The notes beneath the pieces were generated by a model. That model saw only the letters and a program-made list of their open reading frames with translations. It ran no database searches and had not been told where the DNA came from. Below are positions 1 to 7,626 of a stretch of 64,000 nucleotides of DNA, piece by piece. The position numbers were made by a program, and so were the translations under genes. Within the stretch, counting starts at the first letter, position 1. Each line of letters begins with the position of its first letter. The stretch is from a virus, in the IMG/VR virus record IMGVR_UViG_3300024348_000023, positions 8,169 to 72,168 of that record. The stretch is one strand, 5' to 3'.

Positions 1-1128
<1,128 letters not shown>

Positions 1129-1129
<1 letters not shown>

Positions 1130-2505
1130 TGGCAGTTAGAATTCAAGTAAGAAGAGATAGCTCAATAAACTGGACATCAAATAATCCAATTTTACAAGTT
1201 GGTGAATTTGGTTTTGATACAACAGTAAATAGATTTAAGGTTGGCATTGCTTCAAATGACACATCTAGGTGGAACGCACTTCCTTATTTAAATGTTATTC
1301 CAAGCGAATTAGCTGAGCTTGCTCAGGATGCAGTAGAAGCAGCAATTGCGGCAGGAACTGGAATTGCTAAAGTTTATAATGACAACGCTAACACTATTAC
1401 TCTTTCAGTAGATAGCACAATTGCTAATAAGACATATGTAGATACTGCTATTTCAGGATTAGGTAATACGGTGTCAACTGGGTACATCCCCTTATCTCTT
1501 AAGGGTAACGTAGACGGAGTTGCAGAGCTTGATGAAAATGGCTATGTTCCACAAACACAATTAACAAATACATTAAACGATATAACTTATTATGTTGATG
1601 GTGCAGTTGCGGGAATAGTTAATTCCGCTCCAGCAGCCTTAAATACATTAAAAGAATTATCAGATGCTTTAGGAGCAGATGCAAATTTTGCTACTACAAC
1701 AGCCACAGCATTAGGAACAAAAATAACTGCAACAAGCCAAGACACACTTAAAAATAAAATTATTTCTATATCAAATGGAATTACTTCAGTTTCACAGTAT
1801 GATACAACAGCAGGATTTTATGGACAAAATAATATTCCAGTAATTCAAAATGGCGGCTCAGGTGCAGCAATCAATATATCAGGTACAGGTGTAATTACTG
1901 TTGCATCTTCTGGAATTGGATACACTTCTGGTATAGCTATTATTGGCGGTGGAACAAGAATACTAATTGAAATTGGTGGCAATACGCTTACTGGAACAAA
2001 AGCTCAATTTAATGCTGCAATGACAGATGCAGATTTTGCAACCTTAACAGGTACAGAAGAATTGTTAAATAAAACTTTAAACTCTCCAATAATTAATCAG
2101 CCATCTGGACTATTGAAGTCAGATGTTGGCCTCAGCAATGTAGATAATACTTCTGATTCTAATAAGCCAATATCAACTGCAACACAAACTGAGTTAGATA
2201 CTAAATTAAATAAGCTTGTTCAAACAAATGCACAAGCAGGTTCATATCAACTTACAGTAGGAGATGCCTTTAAGTTAATTGAAATGAGCGGCGGCGGATC
2301 CTTAACAATACTAGATTCTGGCCTATTTCCAATAGGATATACTGTAGATATTTTACAAACTGGATCTTCTCAGGTAACAATTCAGGGTAATGGTTTTACT
2401 CCAAATGCTACGCCAGGGCTAAAATTAAGAACACAGTGGAGTTCTGCAACTTTAATTAAAAGAGCATTAAACTCATGGGTTGTTCTTGGCGATTTAACCG
2501 CTTAA
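1129..2505 (+). CDS. Tail/virion fibre protein with Mtd_N-like N-terminus
   Basis: N-terminus RIQVRRD..NW...NPIL..GEFGFDT...FKVG is typical of the Mtd_N/hyaluronidase-type anchor. It also has an APAALNTLKEL..AL..DANF fibre motif and ends LRTQWSSATLIK...WVVLGDL. Confidence 0.75.
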
Positions 2506-2520
2506 AAGAAAGATACATAA

Positions 2521-3414
2521 ATGGCAATTAGGAACTTTGGTAAACATGGCAGGCGCAAAGTGTCTGTCCCAAACGTAACTGGATCAACCAGGTCTAATGC
2601 TCAAATAGCAATTACTTCAGCTCAATTAACATACTCAGAGTCTTCAACAAATACATCCGATATTGGTCTTTCGCAAGTAGTTCAAAGCCAAGGAGTTTCT
2701 TCAGGGTCTGTTGTTTTAATAGGAAGTAATATCCCATTTACTTATTATAACTATGTCGCACCCCCAGTCGTTCCACCAGTGGTTCCACCAGTCAACCCTC
2801 CAGTCAACCCTCCAGTTGTTCCTCCAGTAACCCCACCAGTTGCACCTACAATTAATTCAATTACAGAGTCATCAACATGTACAACTATCTCTATTAATTG
2901 GTCAGGAAGCAATGCTGCTTCATATGCTGTTACAAATTCTACAGGTTGGACTTCTCCTACATCAGGTGAAGGCGGAAATTCTGGATCTTGGACAGGAACT
3001 ATTGGTGCTTGCGGTACTACAAGAACAGCAACCCTTCGACTCTACTCTGGCCCAGGACAAACTGGACTTTCAACATCACAAGCGTTCTCTATAAGTACAA
3101 TATCTTGTGCTACCTGTTTCCCTCCAGTGGTTCCTCCAGTGGTTCCTCCAGTGGTTCCTCCAGTGGTTCCTCCAGTCAACCCTCCAGTCAACCCTCCAGT
3201 CAACCCTCCAGTCAACCCTCCAGTGGTTCCTCCAGTGGTTCCTCCAGTGGTTCCTCCAGTGGTTCCTCCAGTGGTTCCTCCAGTGGTTCCTCCAGTGGTT
3301 CCTCCAGTGGTTCCTCCAGTAACTCCAGCGGTTGATTGTTCTACAGCATCTTGCGCTAACGACCCAGGCAGAGCTTGTTGCTTCTATTTAAGAGGCGTTT
3401 GTCGTGCTTGCTAA
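2521..3414 (+). CDS. PASTA-like domain / polyproline (PPVV/PPVN) / Cys-rich C-terminus protein
   Basis: N-terminal VPNVTG.T...A...I....L...VVQSQ...GSVV..G matches the PASTA pattern. Two PPV[V/N] tracts flank a Ser/Thr-rich beta domain, and the tail has 6 Cys. Confidence 0.7.
   Translation: MAIRNFGKHGRRKVSVPNVTGSTRSNAQIAITSAQLTYSESSTNTSDIGLSQVVQSQGVSSGSVVLIGSNIPFTYYNYVAPPVVPPVVPPVNPPVNPPVVPPVTPPVAPTINSITESSTCTTISINWSGSNAASYAVTNSTGWTSPTSGEGGNSGSWTGTIGACGTTRTATLRLYSGPGQTGLSTSQAFSISTISCATCFPPVVPPVVPPVVPPVVPPVNPPVNPPVNPPVNPPVVPPVVPPVVPPVVPPVVPPVVPPVVPPVVPPVTPAVDCSTASCANDPGRACCFYLRGVCRAC
3121..3320 (+). repeat. Perfect 12-bp coding tandem repeat (16 units plus a partial unit)
   Basis: 4x CCTCCAGTGGTT, 4x CCTCCAGTCAAC, 8x CCTCCAGTGGTT, then CCTCCAGT. 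Confidence 0.95.
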
Positions 3415-3452
3415 AAAATAAGTAATTTACTATTTATTTTTTTTGTTAGATA

Positions 3453-3461
3453 TGCTATACT
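3453..3461 (+). promoter_or_regulatory. Extended -10 promoter
   Basis: TGCTATACT in an AT-rich intergenic gap, followed by SD AAGGAG and ATG at 3487. Confidence 0.6.
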
Positions 3462-3486
3462 AAATATTAAAATCAAGGAGAACATT

Positions 3487-3702
3487 ATGTCTAATAGAAA
3501 AATTGCCATGATTAATAACAATAATATTGTTACTGAAATTATAGTTTTTGATGGAACAGATATTGCTGAACAAGGTGTTATTGCTGGAATGCTTTCTGAT
3601 CCAAAGTGTTTTGAAATAGATTCAAATTCAGGAGCAACAATGGGATGGACTTATGTTAATGGAATAGCATACCCTCCACAAGAAACACTTGAGGTTATAT
3701 AG
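3487..3702 (+). CDS. Small virion-associated protein (paralogue family with 3703, 18185, 18463)
   Basis: Good SD. Pattern is a hydrophobic N-terminal strand followed by GWTYVNG..YPP. Confidence 0.7.
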   Translation: MSNRKIAMINNNNIVTEIIVFDGTDIAEQGVIAGMLSDPKCFEIDSNSGATMGWTYVNGIAYPPQETLEVI

Positions 3703-3894
3703 ATGATAAAAAAATTTATTTTAGTTGTTGATGAAGATGTTGTTACAGAAATGACTATGCCAAATGTAAATAAGTTTAGTGAGCTTATTGATACATTATC
3801 AAATAATCCAAGATTTGTTGAAATACCAATAGATTCTGAAATAGAAAAAGGCTGGGTCTGGGATGGAAATAATTTTTATCCACCACAAAATTAG
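3703..3894 (+). CDS. Small virion-associated protein, paralogue of the preceding gene
   Basis: L..NP.FVEI...S....GWVWDGNNFYPP aligns with the previous ORF. Confidence 0.7.
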   Translation: MIKKFILVVDEDVVTEMTMPNVNKFSELIDTLSNNPRFVEIPIDSEIEKGWVWDGNNFYPPQN

Positions 3895-3905
3895 ATTGGA
3901 AATTG

Positions 3906-4148
3906 ATGTCAGAAAATAAAAAATCTTTATGGCAACAGTATAAAGAAAATCTAGGAGAAACCAGACCTTGGGATTTAATTAATCCAAATTCTGAATGGGC
4001 ATCTGAAGAAGAAGCAGAAAAAAGGTATGCTATTTGTAAGGGATGTCCAGAGCTTATTCAAGCAACAAAACAGTGCAAAAAATGCGGTTGTTTTATGGCA
4101 GCAAAAACTAAATTACAAAAAGCTTTATGCCCATTAGGAAGGTGGTAA
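3906..4148 (+). CDS. DUF6171-like Cys-rich protein
   Basis: R..ICKGCP...QCKKCGCF...K......CPLGRW. Confidence 0.7.
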   Translation: MSENKKSLWQQYKENLGETRPWDLINPNSEWASEEEAEKRYAICKGCPELIQATKQCKKCGCFMAAKTKLQKALCPLGRW

Positions 4149-4149
4149 T

Positions 4150-4716
4150 ATGAAAGAATTAGCAACAGGAATTGTTTTATTTGAAAACGTATTTCCCGAA
4201 TCAATGGAGTATATAAAAAAGATAGAAGAGTCAGGCATTTCTTGGAGAGCCGCAGAGGTACTTGTAAATGAACAAGAGCATGAATCTGGAACAAATACAA
4301 AAGCTAGAGATACAGATTTAATTATGCTTCCACATCATGCTGATCAAGGATACTCCGTTCTTAATGAATTTACAAAAAGGTTTCATGAGCAGATGAAGCC
4401 ATGCTTAGATCAATACATGGCAGCCTATTACGCAAAGATAGAAAAGTTTGAAAGTCCACAATTGCTTAGGTATGGTAAAGAGCAAAAATTCCATGATCAT
4501 ATTGATGACCATCCATTTTTTACTCGTAGAATATCTTTGACTTATTATTTAAATGACGAATATGAGGGTGGAGATGTTGAGTTTAAAAGACACGGCCTTA
4601 GATTTAAAGCAAAAAAGAATGATCTTTTAATATTTCCATCAAACTTTTTATACAACCATGAAGTTCATCCAGTTGTAGATGGATTAAGATATGTGGTGGT
4701 TCAATGGATGGCATAA
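4150..4716 (+). CDS. 2OG-Fe(II) oxygenase, prolyl-4-hydroxylase-like
   Basis: LRY...FHDHID (HxD), YLNDEYEGG, IFPSN...HEV.PV..G.RY supplying the distal His and 2OG-binding Arg. Confidence 0.9.
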   Translation: MKELATGIVLFENVFPESMEYIKKIEESGISWRAAEVLVNEQEHESGTNTKARDTDLIMLPHHADQGYSVLNEFTKRFHEQMKPCLDQYMAAYYAKIEKFESPQLLRYGKEQKFHDHIDDHPFFTRRISLTYYLNDEYEGGDVEFKRHGLRFKAKKNDLLIFPSNFLYNHEVHPVVDGLRYVVVQWMA

Positions 4717-5261
4717 ATAAAGAAGTTGGATTAATTAAAAATGTTTTAAGCTCTACAGACTTTGATAGACTTTGTATGCATTTTAAAAATCATGAAGGCC
4801 TTGATATAGCCCCTACCGATGAATTTGGTAGAAAATTGGCGGGAGATAAATCAGAACCAATATTAAAAGAATTTAGTGAGCTGTTATTGCCAAAGGTACG
4901 AGAGTATTTTGGAAGTCAAACAATGCTTCCTTCATATTCTTTATTTGCAGAATATTCTGATGAGACAATCAGTCTTCATAAGCATAAAGACGCAAATGCT
5001 TGCACATACACACTTGATTTAGTTCTCTATCAAGGAGATCCCTGGGCATTGTATGTAGACGGAAAACCCTACATAGCAAAACCAAACGAAGCAATTCTAT
5101 TTATGGGTGAAGATTACGAGCATTGGAGAGAAACACTTTATAACAATACTGGCAAAATAGGTGTTGTATTTTTCCATTACGTAGAGCCAGATCATTGGTA
5201 TTTTACAAAAGGCCCAGAATACGTGAAAGAAATATGGGCACAGCGACAGACACAGAAATAA
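4704..5261 (+). CDS. 2OG-Fe(II) oxygenase family protein
   Basis: L.KHKD..AC.Y (HxD), W.L, G....HWRE and FFHYV. Confidence 0.75.
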   Translation: MDGINKEVGLIKNVLSSTDFDRLCMHFKNHEGLDIAPTDEFGRKLAGDKSEPILKEFSELLLPKVREYFGSQTMLPSYSLFAEYSDETISLHKHKDANACTYTLDLVLYQGDPWALYVDGKPYIAKPNEAILFMGEDYEHWRETLYNNTGKIGVVFFHYVEPDHWYFTKGPEYVKEIWAQRQTQK

Positions 5262-6196
5262 ATTTTCTTCATCCAGGGGTATCTTACAGTAATGTTAGAT
5301 CTTTTGACCATGAAGAAAATACCGTTTATGAGTTTGATAATGTTAGATATGCTAAAACAAATGAAGAAACAAGAATAAGAAAGCTAAAGGGAACCTATCT
5401 TCCAATAGTCCCAACACCTCATTATTTTCATTTCCTTAAAGAGTACCTAGGATCTTTTTTATATTATCGGGAGCATGTAGATCCTAACGCTAAAGTCTTA
5501 TGGATAAATCTACACTGGGAAGCTCAAGACTATCATGACACGCATGAGCCAATTCAAAAAACATTAGATCTTTTATCAGAAAAAAATATTCCAATTGTCT
5601 TTTTAAGTATAGACTCTATTTTTAATAATAATATAGAATTTGAAAAAGTAGCAGTAATTTATGACACAGCAACATTTTTTGTATCTACGGAATTTCCTTA
5701 TTTTGATCAATTTAAACATACAAATAACGAACAGGTTAGAGATTTTTTTAAAGACTTTATGTTAAAAGACACAGCCTATCCTAAAAAAGTATATGTTTCT
5801 AGAAGAAGTGTAAGTAAGTATTTAGATAACCACGATATGAAAAATCACATATCTAGATATAATGAAAAGCATGTTGAGGATGCACTAGAAGATTTTTTTG
5901 TTCAAAAGGGGTACCATGTAATAGATTTTTCAGGCATGCCAATACAAGAACAAATTATGTATATGTACAATGCCACTCATGTATCTGGCCTAATGGGTGC
6001 AAATACGTGGAATGGAATTTTCTGTGATAATGGAGTGAAACACTATTGCCTACAAACTCATATGTGGTTTAATCACGAATATGATAAAGATATTGAAAAA
6101 GTAATTGATTTTGAATACCAGCTAGTAAAAATACATAATCTTGAGTCTTATGAGTCCGTATTCAAGGATCTCTCTGATCAAATTGTTGATGCGTAA
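5234..6196 (+). CDS. Glycosyltransferase family 61 (DUF563)-like
   Basis: HYFHFL.E, KKVYVSRR, R..NE, F..MPIQEQI..MYNA..V.G..GAN..N.IF. ATG 5234 is preferred over the listed 5195 start. Confidence 0.75.
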   Translation: MGTATDTEINFLHPGVSYSNVRSFDHEENTVYEFDNVRYAKTNEETRIRKLKGTYLPIVPTPHYFHFLKEYLGSFLYYREHVDPNAKVLWINLHWEAQDYHDTHEPIQKTLDLLSEKNIPIVFLSIDSIFNNNIEFEKVAVIYDTATFFVSTEFPYFDQFKHTNNEQVRDFFKDFMLKDTAYPKKVYVSRRSVSKYLDNHDMKNHISRYNEKHVEDALEDFFVQKGYHVIDFSGMPIQEQIMYMYNATHVSGLMGANTWNGIFCDNGVKHYCLQTHMWFNHEYDKDIEKVIDFEYQLVKIHNLESYESVFKDLSDQIVDA

Positions 6197-6801
6197 GAGT
6201 ACAACTCAATATCTTTTTTATTGTATTCTTTAATAGTATCTAAAATTTCTTTGTTGCTATTTATTAGACTCAAAAAAGGATCCTCTATTGGCATAAAGGT
6301 TTGTTCATAATCTTGAGGATAATATGGAAACTCATGGGATATTTCAAGAGCAGATAGCACCTTGTTTCTAAATTTATTTTCATTGCCCTGCAAACCTTCA
6401 ACACGAAGAAGCATATTTATTCTTGAAAGGTTATTACCAATAGTTTGAGATTGATAGTTTCTAACGTGTTTGGTATCAAGCCACACTAAAAGGTTTTCTA
6501 TGGTAAGGGTTGGGCAATCTCTGTCTCTCCCCTTTCCGTGAGTTCTAACCCCATTTTCCCCATAGTTAGACCACCATACAAAATCCGAAAGGGTCCTCCA
6601 AACTGGATCCCTAACTAAACATAATATAAAAGTTTGAGAGTCAAAGTCTTTCCAGTGGTTGTGATCCGCATGGTTTTTATTTAAGCTTATTGCAGATATA
6701 CCTTTTTCTTCAATGGCCTTATATAAGCCATCAAACATCCTAACCCCTGCCGTTTTTGCAGTTATTTTGTCAAGATGTAAAAAATAAAATTGATTATACA
6801 T
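6178..6801 (-). CDS. Sulfotransferase-like protein (Sulfotransfer_2 type); the only convincing minus-strand gene
   Basis: FYFLH..K...KTAG resembles the 5'-PAPS motif but with an insertion. VRDPVWRTLS.F matches the 3'-phosphate motif, and the C-terminus has I.EYN..DIELY. Confidence 0.65.
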   Translation of the reverse strand: MYNQFYFLHLDKITAKTAGVRMFDGLYKAIEEKGISAISLNKNHADHNHWKDFDSQTFILCLVRDPVWRTLSDFVWWSNYGENGVRTHGKGRDRDCPTLTIENLLVWLDTKHVRNYQSQTIGNNLSRINMLLRVEGLQGNENKFRNKVLSALEISHEFPYYPQDYEQTFMPIEDPFLSLINSNKEILDTIKEYNKKDIELYSYASTI

Positions 6802-6807
6802 ACCCTT

Positions 6808-6833
6808 TATAGTATATCAAATGATATACTATA
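6808..6833. promoter_or_regulatory. Palindromic back-to-back extended -10 promoters
   Basis: TATAGTATATCA-AA-TGATATACTATA gives TGATATACT on both strands between the divergent genes 6801(-) and 6860(+). Confidence 0.7.
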
Positions 6834-6859
6834 GGTATCTAGACCAATAGGAGAAAACG

Positions 6860-7576
6860 ATGACAGTTAAAGTTGAAGCAAGATCAATAGTGGATTTTTT
6901 CCCACAAGAGCTTTTTGAAAAAGTTAAAGCTCAGGTTTTATCTTTAAACATGGGTCCAGGCGGACCGCATTTTTATCATCCAGTCGCTGGAAGATGGCTA
7001 ACAGAAATTAATTTTGACGATGAAACAGAGTCTGAAATACTTGAGATAGCAAAAAAGACCTTCGGAGTGGATACTATAAAAAGAGCTGGTTTCCATACTG
7101 CTAGATATCAAAAACAAAATGGAATTAAGCCACAGCTGTGGAAGCATGTAGACCAGTCAGCATGCCAATACTCTTTAGATATTTGTATTGAAAAAACAGT
7201 CGACTGGCAATTAGTAGCAGATGAAAAAACTTTTGACGAAGCTCCAAATCAATGTATAGTTTTTTGTGGTAATGATCACATGCATTATCGCCCAGAATAT
7301 CCAACTGAAGATGAAGACAAGTATGTAACTTTGTTGTTTATGCAATTTGCTGAGCCAGATCACTGGTTCTTTTCAGAAAACAGATCTGAAGGATTTGCAG
7401 AAAATAGCTGGAAAAATGATTTTAAGTTTAGAGCTAAATACGGTTACTGGGCTATGCCAGACTATAGTAACAATAGGCCCATTTGCAAATGCTGCGACTA
7501 CAGGCATGTAGCTAACTTTGAAGAAAAATATCAAAATGAAAAAGAATATTGGGACTCTCAGTACTCCAATTCTTAA
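6860..7576 (+). CDS. 2OG-Fe(II) oxygenase family protein, paralogue of 4704..5261
   Basis: LWKHVD..ACQY, W.L, G....HYRP and F.EPDHWFF; SD GGAG. Confidence 0.75.
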   Translation: MTVKVEARSIVDFFPQELFEKVKAQVLSLNMGPGGPHFYHPVAGRWLTEINFDDETESEILEIAKKTFGVDTIKRAGFHTARYQKQNGIKPQLWKHVDQSACQYSLDICIEKTVDWQLVADEKTFDEAPNQCIVFCGNDHMHYRPEYPTEDEDKYVTLLFMQFAEPDHWFFSENRSEGFAENSWKNDFKFRAKYGYWAMPDYSNNRPICKCCDYRHVANFEEKYQNEKEYWDSQYSNS

Positions 7577-7626
7577 GGTTAGTAGTATAGAATAGCCGTA
7601 AAAGGTTTGGGGGTATAATATAATAT

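Noticed and set aside
3121-3320. CRISPR-like array
   Set aside because: The units are contiguous 12-mers with no spacers, inside a CDS, and there are no cas genes.
2840-3335. Alternative-frame ORFs (SSGS and FLQW repeats)
   Set aside because: The 12-bp unit has no stop in any + frame. Only the PPVV frame has a proper start and non-repetitive flanking domains.
3700-3705. Stop-codon readthrough or recoding at in-frame stop-start junctions (also 20567-20572 and 47906-47911)
   Set aside because: Different stop codons are involved, each is followed by a plausible start, and conserved genes are uninterrupted under the standard code.
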